A stretch of 64,000 nt of DNA from an uncultured Pseudomonadota bacterium (GTDB lineage Bacteria; Myxococcota_A; Polyangia; Fen-1088). The stretch lies in contig CAWFVU010000009.1 of the NCBI GenBank assembly GCA_963819375.1, positions 876,649-940,648 of the forward strand, written 5' to 3'. The notes below the pieces were generated by a model that made no database searches, had not been told where the DNA came from, and saw nothing but the letters and a program-made list of their open reading frames with translations. Each line of letters begins with the position of its first letter. The first letter of the stretch is position 1. Below, piece after piece: positions 1-9,596 of the stretch. A program made the position numbers and the translations under genes.

Positions 1-1
1 C

Positions 2-1420
2 ATTGGCACTGCCGTTCCGGGGGGCCTCCCCGACCCCGGCGTCGGGACAATCATCAGCACGATGTCGTCCGACCAGCGCCTCTACTGGGGCTGCGTCATC
101 TTCTGGGTGGCGCGCAAGCTGCTCTCGACCCAAGCGGGCAAGTACTGGTGGCTGCTGCGGCGGCTCTTGCGCCTCGGTCTCGATCTCATCCAGCTCGCCT
201 CGACGCAGGGTGTGGCGAACGTGGCGGTGCTCGAGAAGCTGCGCGCGGGGACGCTCACCAGCTTGGACATCCAGGCGATTCCGCCGCAGAACAACTTCGC
301 CTCGGTGACGCAGGATCCGGTGCTCGGCGATCCGAACACCTGGACCGGCGCCCCCACGCCGCCCACCGCGGGCGCCAAGGACAGCGTGCAGGCGGCGGCG
401 TTCCGGCAGGCGGCGGAGGCTCTGTTCGACTTCGTCAACGGCGCGCCGAAGCTCAACCCGCAGATTCCGAAGGCCGACATCGGGGGGCTCGTGACCTGCA
501 TCCTGAACGCGCTCACGCCGGCGACGACGTTCGTCGCCTACGAGCAGGCGATCCACGTCCGGAACCCCAACACCACGCTGGCCTGGCAGGCGCCCGATCA
601 GCTGGAGCCGATCCTGACCCCGCCGTCGGTGACGTTTCCGATGTGGCAGCGCCTGGCGTCGATCTCCGCCGACTGGATCCTCCCCAACGTGGGCGACGTT
701 CCCCGCAACTCGGTCAGCCTGCTGGAGACCAACCAGGAGTTCATTGAGGCGTTCATGGTCGGCCTCAATCACGCGATCAACCGCGAGCTCCTCTGGAACG
801 GTTACCCGACCGACCAGCGGGGCACGGTCTTCCAGCAGTTCTGGGACCCGAGCGGCTGGGTCGACGGCGGAGGCGGCGTCAGCGTCACCGGCGATCGAAG
901 CTTCCTCGACATCACCGAGGTGCGAAGCTGGGATCCCGGCAGCGTCCTCGGCTCGCACACGGGACGGAACCCGAAGTTCGAGTACCTGGTCCTGCTCGTG
1001 CGCGGGGACGTCATCAAGCGCTACCCGAACGTCATCGTCTACGCCTCCAAGGCGAAACTCGACGATCAGAACGTCGTCACGATCGACGACAGCCAGCAGA
1101 TGTATCCCGCGTTCCAGGCGGTCTTGACCGGCGACGTCGCCTACTACGGGTTCGAGCTGACGAAAGACCAGGCCCGCGGCATCGCACCCGATCCCGGCTG
1201 GTTCTTCGTCCTCCAGGAGCACCCCTCGGAGCCGAAGTTCGCCGATCCGGAATCACCCGCCGATTCGCAGGCCGACAACTTCCTGCGCGAAGACTACGCG
1301 AACAATAGCAACAACCCCGGCGGCGCCGCGCCGCCGACCGCCGCCGTCCTGGCCAAGGTCGCGTTCGATCCACCGATTCGCGCCGTGCTCCTCGGCAGCG
1401 AGCTGCTGCCTGCGGGGTAG
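2..1420 (+). CDS. hypothetical protein, 5'-partial (first gene of four-gene operon)
   Basis: Frame is open from the window edge with no upstream stop; the first ATG is at 62. Stop lies 15 bp before the next gene. Acidic, Thr/Pro/Gly-rich, no recognisable motifs. Confidence 0.6.
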   Translation: MGTAVPGGLPDPGVGTIISTMSSDQRLYWGCVIFWVARKLLSTQAGKYWWLLRRLLRLGLDLIQLASTQGVANVAVLEKLRAGTLTSLDIQAIPPQNNFASVTQDPVLGDPNTWTGAPTPPTAGAKDSVQAAAFRQAAEALFDFVNGAPKLNPQIPKADIGGLVTCILNALTPATTFVAYEQAIHVRNPNTTLAWQAPDQLEPILTPPSVTFPMWQRLASISADWILPNVGDVPRNSVSLLETNQEFIEAFMVGLNHAINRELLWNGYPTDQRGTVFQQFWDPSGWVDGGGGVSVTGDRSFLDITEVRSWDPGSVLGSHTGRNPKFEYLVLLVRGDVIKRYPNVIVYASKAKLDDQNVVTIDDSQQMYPAFQAVLTGDVAYYGFELTKDQARGIAPDPGWFFVLQEHPSEPKFADPESPADSQADNFLREDYANNSNNPGGAAPPTAAVLAKVAFDPPIRAVLLGSELLPAG

Positions 1421-1435
1421 GGGGAGACACAAGAG

Positions 1436-4400
1436 ATGGCCACACTTCAATCCATCGCCGACGCCCGCGCCGCGCTCAAGGCGGCTCGCGACAAGACGGC
1501 GAGCAAGCTGTTCGCGCGCGTGACCGCTCAGCAGGCCTTCGACGCAGCCGCGCGCGCGTTCACGTCGGACAGCACCGACTTCATCGATGCGCAGAACGCG
1601 CTTGGCGTCGCCTCGTCGGAGCTAGACGCCGCGCGAAGCGACGAGAAGACGGCGCGCGACGGTCTCCCCGACGGGCTCAATGCTCAGATCGCCGATTGGC
1701 TCACCGTTCCCGGGAGCAATCCCGTCCAGTACCTCACGCCGGACGACGATTTTGCTCGGATGGAGCTGGTGGGAAATCCGGTGGCGCTGTTCCCCGTTCG
1801 TCTGGAGACGCGGTTCGACGTCAGCGCCGGAGTCCTGCACGTCCGCGTCTACCCGGACGAGTTCTTCTCCGACATCCACGAGCGCGAGCTGACGCCCGAC
1901 GAGCACGACGCCGGAATCGCCTACTGGCACAGTCAACCGGCGACCGACGAGCGGACCGATCCCGCGTTCGTCGATCGATGGTCGGCGCTCGCCAAGCGCT
2001 ACGGCGTCCCGCGCGCGGCCTACATCGCCCGCGTCATGACGCCGCCGGTGACCAGCACGCCGTCACTGCGCGCGACGGTCCCGAGCCGCGGCGCCGAGGC
2101 GGTGCTCCCCGATCGCTGGGTCGCCCTCGCTTACAAGAACGGCCAGCTGCGCCACTTCGTCCCGGGCCTGCCGATCCCCGAGCCGATCGATCTGACGGCC
2201 AACCCGTCCGCCGACGACCAGACGATGTCGGAGGTGGCCGACGGGTTCGAGGTCCCGTCGAACATCCTCTGGACCATGCGCTACGACGAGGCGCTGGCCA
2301 AGGGGATGGCCATCGACATCGGCGGGCTGGCTGCCGATGAGCTCAGCGGCGGGTTCGATCGGGTCGTCGTGCTGGGGGTGAAGACGTCGATGGATCCGGC
2401 GGACTCTTCCCAGCTGATCTCGGATCTCTTCGACGCGCACCACTACACGCGCGGGCTGGACCTGGTCCCGCTGGGGACACCGACGAACAACGTCCCCGGC
2501 CTGCCGACCCCCTTCACCATGAAGGACCCGCCGGGGGCGGAGACCTTTCAGATCGAGCGCATCGGGCCCGGCGGCGAGCCGACTTTCAACCCCGATTACG
2601 TCGCGCTGGCCGAGCTGTTCGGCTTCGACAGCTCCACCGGACCGTTCACGTTCTTGGCCGGGTCGCTGAACGGGCAGCACGACATCTTCACCGGGGCGGA
2701 CATGCGGCGCGCCGTCTGGCCCGCCACGCTCGGCTACTTCCTGCGCCAGATGATGAACCCGCCGAACGGAACTCCGATCTTCGACGAGACGACGTTTCAG
2801 GCCGCCAAGGGGTTCTTCCTCTCCTACGTCTCGGCGCAGGGTCCGGCACCGGCGTTCCGCGTGGGCGCCGTCCCTTATGGGCTGCTTCCGGCGATCTCCT
2901 ACTCGCGCATGAAGGCGCAGACGACCGAGAACGCCGACGCGATGGCAGTCATCCAGAAACTGGTGCCGTTCTGGCTGGACGCCGTTCCGACCGTCCTGAC
3001 CGTGCCGCGCGACTCCACCGATCGCAACACCGATCTGATGAACGTGCTCTCCCAGAAGTCGAGCGCCGACGGCGTGTTCATCCGGAACAGCATCGGTCCC
3101 GACACGATCACCAACATCTTCCAGTTCATCTTCGAGGACTGGAGCGCCATCTACGCGGCCCTGGCCCAGCTCCCGAACACCAAGCTCGGCGCGCTCGGCC
3201 ACACCGACTGGGCGAAGGCGCGGATCTTCGAGATCCTCTTCTCGGCGACCACGGCCCTCTACGGCGGGCCGCTCGTGACGGCGCACCCGCAGCAGGGGAT
3301 GCTGGTGTCGGCGGTCTCGAATCCGAATCCGAATCAGCCGACCGACACCCTGAACTACCTGGCGTTCCTTGGCGATACCCGGCTGGATTTCGGGCCTGTT
3401 CAGGGCCAAGGCAGCATGGGCAACGCGGCGCCGCCCAACGAGCTCCTGCCGTTGCTCTTCCTGGTGGCCCGCCACTCGCTGTTGCTCGAGTCGATCGAAG
3501 TGGGACGGGCCTCGAGTGTCCTTTCGAGCGCGTTTTCGAAGCTGCGGGTGGCCGATGTCGAGCTCTGGCGGATCCTGAGCACCAACGAGACGGACATCAT
3601 CGACGTTCTGGGGGGGGCCTCGCCGAGCGCGAGCCGATCGGTGTTCCGATCGGTCGTGCTGAACAGCGACAGCAAGACCACCGTCGACACCAGCCATCCC
3701 CCCGTATTCTCCCAGATTCAGTCCGCCCTCCAGCGACTCTCCTTCCTCTCGGTGGCCGAGCTGGAGCGGGTGTTCACCGAGTCGCTCGATCTGGCGGCGC
3801 ATCGGCTGGACGCGTACGTCACCGCCATGGCCACCCGCCGCCTGCTTGTCTTGCGGAGGCAACTCGTCATCGGCCTGCGCCAGCAGGGCGTGATCGCCGA
3901 CGAGCCGACGACCAAGCTCACCTACTTCGGCGGCTACGGCCTCGTCGAGGACGTCCGACCCGTGGCCCGAACGACGAAACAGATCAACGGGGTCACGTTT
4001 GACGTGCAGCTGGACAACGGAGGCTACATCCACGCGCCGTCGCCGCGCCACGCGACCGCGGCGGCCATCCTGCGCAGCGGCCGGATGGCGGAGAACAGCG
4101 ATCCCACCAAGTACGCTATCGAGCTGCCGTCGGACCGCGCGCGGCGCGCGCGGCTGCTGGTCGACGGCGTCCGCAACGGCCAGCCGCTGGGCGAGCTCCT
4201 GGGGTTCGAGCTGGAGACCAACCTGCGCCAGCGCGCCCAGACCGAGCAGATCACGGGGATGGAGGGCTACATCCTGGCGCTGCGCCAGCTCTATCCCCTG
4301 GTCGCGAACAAGTCGGGGCTCGACCCAGGGCAGCCGGCCGATGGGATCGCCGCCGCCAACGTGGTCGACGGCCAGAAGGTCCGGGACGCCCGGAGCAAGG

Positions 4401-6187
4401 CGGGCGGCATCCCATTCGGGACGGGCGGGCTCCCCGCGCCGAGCTCGACGGACGCGGGGGTCATCCGCGACGAGGTCGATGGACTCGACGAGATCGTCGA
4501 CGCGATCAGCGATCTCGAGATCTCCGAGGCGGTCTTCCAGGTCGCCGCCGGCGACGTGGCCAGCGCCGAGGCGGCGATGAACTTCTTGCCCACCGGTTCC
4601 AACCCGCCGCAGTCCGAGGTCACGAACTCTCCGACGGCCGGGATCCCCGTGAGCCATCGTGTCGCATTGCTGCTCGAGGGAGATGCGCCGACCGCGACCG
4701 GCTGGACGCTGGTCGGCTCGCCAACGGGGACCTCGCGCTCGGTCCGAGGGCAGGCCGATCCCTTCGTCGAAGCCTGGATCGGCAGCCTGCTCGGCGACCC
4801 GAGCGGTGCGAAGGCCACGGTGTCGTTTCAGCTGGGCGGCAACGCGGGAACCAGCCATGTCTCCGTGGCGGACATAAATACGATCGGCCCGCTCGATTTC
4901 TTGGCGTTGGCGCAGAGCACTTCGTCGTTCGGGCAAGGATCACCGCTCGATCGCCAGCTGGCCGCGGCGTGGCTGGCCCTTCCGGGGAACGCGAGCGCGA
5001 CGGATGTCATCGTCACCGGCTACGACACGCCCACGTCGGGTCCCGGCATCCCGCAGCTCATCGAGTTGGCACGCGCCCTCGGTTCGGTCCTGGGCGGGGC
5101 GCGCGAGCTCGCGGCGGCGGATCTGGTCCTCACCCCCGATGACATCAAGGACGACGACCTCGCCGGTCTGGCAGGCCCGCTGAAGATCCAGGCTGCTGAC
5201 GCCTTCACGGCGTTGAACTCCGCCCTGAACGCATTCGACAACGTCGACGCCCGCACTGCCCTGGGCCTGGCCGCGCTCTTTCAGGCGGATGCCTTCCCCG
5301 ATCCGGGCGCGACCGGCGCGGACCTCGACCCTCTGGTGGCGAGCGCCAAAGGCGAGCTCGGACGCCGCGTGAACGATGCGCAGGCGGCGGCACCGGGCCA
5401 GGACGCGAGCAACGCTGACACCATCGCGGCCGCCATCAATGAGCTCCGGATCATCTTCGGGCGCAACACGCTGGTGGTGCTGCCGAGCGCGATCCCCCCG
5501 GGCAGCGGTGAGCTCCAGCAGTCCCTCGCGGCCCTCGACAGTCCGCTCGACCTCAGCAATCCGGACCCGAGCCTCGACCTCACCAAAGCCGCCACCTTCG
5601 CCCCCCACCAGGCGCCGGGCCGGTATCTCCAGCAGGCGTCGCGGGTGCACGAGCGGCTCGCTGCCTGGCGCAAGTTCAGCCTCTACGCCGGCGCGTTCGG
5701 GGCGCCGTTGCCGCGGATCTCCGCCGCGCAGCTTCCTTTCGTCGACCAGGAACAATGGGTTGGCCGCGTCGCGCCCACCGACAGCCGGACGTCGCTGCTG
5801 TTCATCTCGGCGAACGGACAGACGTCCCTTCCCGATCCGACGAACGCGTGGCGCGGCCTGTTGCTTGATCAGTGGACCGAGCTCGTCCCCGGCCCGATCG
5901 CCGAGACGGGGCTGGCGTTCCACTATGACAGCCAGAACTCGGAGGCACCGCAAGTGATCCTGATGGCGATGCATTCAGGGCAGACGAACAGCTGGAACCT
6001 GGCGGAGCTGGCAGCCATCGTGACGGAGACGATGGACCTGGCGCTCATCCGACCGGTCGACAGCGACCGGGTAGGGCTGGGCCAGCTCGTCCCGCCCATC
6101 TGCCTGGCGTCGAATTCGACGAATCGGGTGGTCAGCTCCAACATCGGTCCGGAGGCACGGGAAAACGTGCCGATCGTGGTGACCTGA
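1436..6187 (+). CDS. giant hypothetical protein (1583 aa), N-terminal Ala-rich coiled-coil-like segment
   Basis: Uninterrupted 4.75-kb ORF. All overlapping antisense ORFs are R/G-rich junk. No Walker A, no signal peptide. Stop overlaps the next start (TGATG). Confidence 0.75.
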   Translation: MATLQSIADARAALKAARDKTASKLFARVTAQQAFDAAARAFTSDSTDFIDAQNALGVASSELDAARSDEKTARDGLPDGLNAQIADWLTVPGSNPVQYLTPDDDFARMELVGNPVALFPVRLETRFDVSAGVLHVRVYPDEFFSDIHERELTPDEHDAGIAYWHSQPATDERTDPAFVDRWSALAKRYGVPRAAYIARVMTPPVTSTPSLRATVPSRGAEAVLPDRWVALAYKNGQLRHFVPGLPIPEPIDLTANPSADDQTMSEVADGFEVPSNILWTMRYDEALAKGMAIDIGGLAADELSGGFDRVVVLGVKTSMDPADSSQLISDLFDAHHYTRGLDLVPLGTPTNNVPGLPTPFTMKDPPGAETFQIERIGPGGEPTFNPDYVALAELFGFDSSTGPFTFLAGSLNGQHDIFTGADMRRAVWPATLGYFLRQMMNPPNGTPIFDETTFQAAKGFFLSYVSAQGPAPAFRVGAVPYGLLPAISYSRMKAQTTENADAMAVIQKLVPFWLDAVPTVLTVPRDSTDRNTDLMNVLSQKSSADGVFIRNSIGPDTITNIFQFIFEDWSAIYAALAQLPNTKLGALGHTDWAKARIFEILFSATTALYGGPLVTAHPQQGMLVSAVSNPNPNQPTDTLNYLAFLGDTRLDFGPVQGQGSMGNAAPPNELLPLLFLVARHSLLLESIEVGRASSVLSSAFSKLRVADVELWRILSTNETDIIDVLGGASPSASRSVFRSVVLNSDSKTTVDTSHPPVFSQIQSALQRLSFLSVAELERVFTESLDLAAHRLDAYVTAMATRRLLVLRRQLVIGLRQQGVIADEPTTKLTYFGGYGLVEDVRPVARTTKQINGVTFDVQLDNGGYIHAPSPRHATAAAILRSGRMAENSDPTKYAIELPSDRARRARLLVDGVRNGQPLGELLGFELETNLRQRAQTEQITGMEGYILALRQLYPLVANKSGLDPGQPADGIAAANVVDGQKVRDARSKAGGIPFGTGGLPAPSSTDAGVIRDEVDGLDEIVDAISDLEISEAVFQVAAGDVASAEAAMNFLPTGSNPPQSEVTNSPTAGIPVSHRVALLLEGDAPTATGWTLVGSPTGTSRSVRGQADPFVEAWIGSLLGDPSGAKATVSFQLGGNAGTSHVSVADINTIGPLDFLALAQSTSSFGQGSPLDRQLAAAWLALPGNASATDVIVTGYDTPTSGPGIPQLIELARALGSVLGGARELAAADLVLTPDDIKDDDLAGLAGPLKIQAADAFTALNSALNAFDNVDARTALGLAALFQADAFPDPGATGADLDPLVASAKGELGRRVNDAQAAAPGQDASNADTIAAAINELRIIFGRNTLVVLPSAIPPGSGELQQSLAALDSPLDLSNPDPSLDLTKAATFAPHQAPGRYLQQASRVHERLAAWRKFSLYAGAFGAPLPRISAAQLPFVDQEQWVGRVAPTDSRTSLLFISANGQTSLPDPTNAWRGLLLDQWTELVPGPIAETGLAFHYDSQNSEAPQVILMAMHSGQTNSWNLAELAAIVTETMDLALIRPVDSDRVGLGQLVPPICLASNSTNRVVSSNIGPEARENVPIVVT

Positions 6188-7953
6188 TGAGCGCGACCAT
6201 CGCCTCGATCACCAGCTGGCATCGCCTGATCCCGATCTCGCGGTCGGCCGACTTCGCCACCGCGATCGCGGCCGAGATTCACGACCCCCTCTGGATGCTC
6301 TCGCGCCAGCACCGGATCGGCGAGCTGAGAGCGCAGGACGCCGGATCGCCGGCGTTCGTCCAGGTCGGCTACAAACCGGCGCCGCTCACCCAGCTGACCT
6401 TCATCTCAGGCACGACGCAGCCGGCGACCGTTCCGTTCGACACGAGCAAGCCGATCGAGGCGCAGATCCTCCCCGAGCCGCAGGCACCGGACCTCGCTAC
6501 CCGCGTCGAGCTCGGCCTGACGTTCCTGCAGATCCTCCGTGAAGCGGGAACGACGGGCGCGCAGGCCGCCCAGGCGTTCGCCGGGGCTCCTTCCCTCTCG
6601 CTGGCGCAGCCCACCGGCACCCCCTTCGACCCCATCGATCAGGCGACCGCCACGTTCGTGACCATGGCCGGCGGACGCGCCATCGACGGTGTAACGGTCC
6701 TCGGTTTTGCACAGGGGTCGACCATCCCAGGCGACGTCAATCTGACGGCCGCCCAGACGACGACGGTCATGAACGTCTACAAGGCGTTCATCGTCTGGGT
6801 GCAGGCAACCTTCGGGAAGATCGACACCACACCCGGAACCGATCCCCAGGGCTGGAATCCCAGCCTTCTCGACTACGACATCCAGCTGCAGTTCGCCGGG
6901 ACGGACACCGTCACGCTGAACGTCGAGCCCAACGAGAACGGCGTCGTCGACTGGACCTCCTTCGACTTTGCGAGCCAGACGGGCACCGGCGATCCGTTCG
7001 CGGGGATCACAGCCCAGGTCACCCAGGTGGTGCCGATGACCGTCCGCTTCCCCGGGATGCCGGCCCCGCGCCACTGGGACTTCGAGAGCGGCGAGCTCCC
7101 CTGGCCCGACGTCGACACGACCCGCACCGAGCTCCTGCGACTCCTGGTCATCGACTTCGCGATGCTCTATGGTCTCGACTGGTTCGTGACGTCGCTCGAT
7201 CTCCCTGTGGGCAACGCCGTCAAGATCGACACCCTGGTCGTGAACGACGTGTTCGGCGGGCAGACGCTCATCGATCCGGTCGAAGCCGCACGCAACGTCC
7301 AGGCGCCTGCCGTGCCCGACCGGTTCACGATGTACAGCACCGCCTCGCCCGGCGGCAACGTCGCCGGCTTCATGGTCCTGCCTCCCGCGGCCGGCGCAGC
7401 GCTGCAACAGGGCGCGGTGCTGGAAGAGGTGCGGTTCGCGCGCGACGAGATGGCCGACATGGTCTGGGGCGTCGAGGCGGTCACCGAGAGCCGCATCGGC
7501 GAACGCCGGCGCGGCAGCGAGCGCGACGCCGCCGTCGACGCCGCCGTTCTGCCGCCGCCGGCGCCCACGAACGTCGACCCGCTGAGCTACCAGCTCGAAA
7601 GCAAGATTCCGGTCCACTGGATTCCCCTCCTCATTCCGGACACCGGCGCGCCCAGTACTTTTTTCCTGAAGGGGGCGTCCGAGCGCTCTCCCGACGGCAC
7701 CTCGAGCCCGATTGCGGTCGTGCCGGCGGGCAAGATCTTGAACCCGACCGGGGTCCCCCCCACCGATTACCAGGTGTTCCAGGAGCAGATCCCGCGCAGC
7801 GGCGCTCGCGTCCAGCGGGTCCGGTTTGCGGCGCGCGCCCTCGATGGACAATCGTACTTCTGGGTCGGCCGGCGGCGGCGGGCGGGCGCGGGCGAGACGC
7901 AGAGCGGACTGCGCTTCGACGCCCCCCTGCCCACGCAACCGCCGACCTCATAG
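6187..7953 (+). CDS. hypothetical protein (588 aa), operon partner
   Basis: ATG overlaps the upstream stop, indicating translational coupling. Coding-like composition. No known motifs recognised. Confidence 0.75.
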   Translation: MSATIASITSWHRLIPISRSADFATAIAAEIHDPLWMLSRQHRIGELRAQDAGSPAFVQVGYKPAPLTQLTFISGTTQPATVPFDTSKPIEAQILPEPQAPDLATRVELGLTFLQILREAGTTGAQAAQAFAGAPSLSLAQPTGTPFDPIDQATATFVTMAGGRAIDGVTVLGFAQGSTIPGDVNLTAAQTTTVMNVYKAFIVWVQATFGKIDTTPGTDPQGWNPSLLDYDIQLQFAGTDTVTLNVEPNENGVVDWTSFDFASQTGTGDPFAGITAQVTQVVPMTVRFPGMPAPRHWDFESGELPWPDVDTTRTELLRLLVIDFAMLYGLDWFVTSLDLPVGNAVKIDTLVVNDVFGGQTLIDPVEAARNVQAPAVPDRFTMYSTASPGGNVAGFMVLPPAAGAALQQGAVLEEVRFARDEMADMVWGVEAVTESRIGERRRGSERDAAVDAAVLPPPAPTNVDPLSYQLESKIPVHWIPLLIPDTGAPSTFFLKGASERSPDGTSSPIAVVPAGKILNPTGVPPTDYQVFQEQIPRSGARVQRVRFAARALDGQSYFWVGRRRRAGAGETQSGLRFDAPLPTQPPTS

Positions 7954-7968
7954 CCGAGGAGCACCAGC

Positions 7969-9396
7969 ATGGTCACCGGACTTCCCAGCGCCGACAGCCT
8001 GATCGTCCCGATTGTCACCCTCCGGCGAAAGCTGGCGACAGAGGAGGTCGGCTTTCGCAACACGGTCACCAACGCCCAGAGCACCGACAAGAACGTCACT
8101 GCCATGGCCAACGGGATGGTCGAGATGCTGACGGTCTCCCTCGCGACCACGGTCGTGTATCCGCCCCCCGATCAGACGACGCTGATGGCGCTGCAGAGCT
8201 CGCTCCTCGACGGCTGTGGGAAGGCGCTGACGGCGGCCAACGCCGGCACGAAACCGAAGGCCTCGGCGGACGCCTCCGGCTACACGCTCACCGGGATCCC
8301 CAACCTGGGGCAGGCCGACCCGGCCTCGCCGGGGTTCTCGAGCTCGGACACCGATCTCACGAATCTGCTGCTCGCGCAGGATCCGATCATCGCCGCCAAG
8401 CAGTTCCAGGGAATCGTCGGCGCGGTGTCCGCCGTCGTCGATGGGACGCTGACGCTGAAGAGCATCATGCTGACTCGGCCACTCCCCGCTTCGCACACCG
8501 GCCTCGAAGGGCAGGTGGTCCTGGCGATCAACCTGGCGCTCCAGAAGGCCAAGCACCTGTTCGAGGACGGGATCCTGGCGCGGGTCAACACCGGGCTCGA
8601 CTCGAGCGCGGTCACCTTCTCGCAGGCCTGCCTGTGGGCGCAGGGGAACCTGGTCATCGCCGACCGCGTGAAGATCAAGAACCAGAACGGCACGTTCGCG
8701 CCGTCGGTCAACGCCGGCTCCGCGCAGACCAACGCGGGCGCGGACGCCCAGGTGGGCGACATCTGGAGCCGCGCGGCCGTCGAGCTGCGCGATCGCTGCA
8801 AGGCGACCGGCAACGTGCGCACCATGTCCACCCTCAAGCTCGACGCCAACGCTTCGGTCACCGGTGTGGTCACGCAGAACGGCGCGCTCTTGCAGATCCC
8901 GACGCTCAGCCTGGCGGTCACCTTTCCGGGGACCAACCAGGGGAGCAAGAACGTTGCGCCCAACGGCACGCTGACGCTGGCGCCGGGCGCTTACGACGGC
9001 GTGACGGTGAACGCCGGCGCCACGCTGTTCCTCAGCACCGGGACCTACTTCTTCAACAACTGGGACGTCGAGCCGAACGCCAAGATCTCCTGCAGCTCGG
9101 GGAGCGGGCAGATCGTGGTCAACGTGAAGGTCGGCCTCATCTACCGGGGATCGATCATCGAGAAGACGGGCGGACGACCCAAGATGTTCGTGGGGGTGTT
9201 CGGGACCTCGGCGGTCTCGCTCGAAGGGCCGTTCACCGGCACCTTCATGGCGCTCACCGCGCCGCTCACCCTCGCCACGCTGACCTCTCCGGCGGTGCAC
9301 ACGGGCGCGTTCTACGCCCAGAGCATCACCGTCAACCCCGACAACACGATCACTTACTTCCCGTTCGCCGGTCCTCCCACCCCCGTATCGAGCTGA
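7969..9396 (+). CDS. hypothetical protein (475 aa) with C-terminal beta-helix resembling ice-binding-like DUF3494 fold
   Basis: Lies 15 bp after the upstream stop. The C-terminal segment GTYFFNNWDV...GQIVVNVKVG...FTGTFMALTAPLTLAT...FYAQSITVNPDNTITY matches the periodic pattern of DUF3494 beta-helices. Confidence 0.7.
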   Translation: MVTGLPSADSLIVPIVTLRRKLATEEVGFRNTVTNAQSTDKNVTAMANGMVEMLTVSLATTVVYPPPDQTTLMALQSSLLDGCGKALTAANAGTKPKASADASGYTLTGIPNLGQADPASPGFSSSDTDLTNLLLAQDPIIAAKQFQGIVGAVSAVVDGTLTLKSIMLTRPLPASHTGLEGQVVLAINLALQKAKHLFEDGILARVNTGLDSSAVTFSQACLWAQGNLVIADRVKIKNQNGTFAPSVNAGSAQTNAGADAQVGDIWSRAAVELRDRCKATGNVRTMSTLKLDANASVTGVVTQNGALLQIPTLSLAVTFPGTNQGSKNVAPNGTLTLAPGAYDGVTVNAGATLFLSTGTYFFNNWDVEPNAKISCSSGSGQIVVNVKVGLIYRGSIIEKTGGRPKMFVGVFGTSAVSLEGPFTGTFMALTAPLTLATLTSPAVHTGAFYAQSITVNPDNTITYFPFAGPPTPVSS

Positions 9397-9408
9397 CCTT
9401 CATTGGGT

Positions 9409-9431
9409 GCTCGTCACCTCGAGCATCGTGA
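9409..9431 (+). terminator. possible stem-loop downstream of operon (TGCTCG-tcacc-TCGAGCA)
   Basis: Perfect 6-7 bp inverted repeat directly after the 7969-9396 stop. No U-tract follows, as is common in high-GC genomes. Confidence 0.2.
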
Positions 9432-9596
9432 CCCCGTAGTTCGGACCGGACGAGGCCATGTATGAATATCGCTGGCCGCCAACCAATCGCCTGCTCCTGG
9501 TCGGCCATACGACCGTCTTCGGTCTGGCCACCGAGATGACCCGTCGCTCGCTCGAGCCTGCCTGAATGACGGAGGCGTTTTTCGCGGACGGGTTTG

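Noticed and set aside
2063-4936. 957-aa minus-strand ORF antisense to the giant gene
   Set aside because: Arg/Gly/Asp-rich low-complexity translation typical of the antisense frame in about 70% GC DNA. The plus-strand ORF has far more protein-like composition.
6406-9300. 510-aa and 450-aa minus-strand ORFs antisense to the operon genes at 6187-9396
   Set aside because: Same reason: R/G-rich junk frames fully contained within better sense-strand genes.
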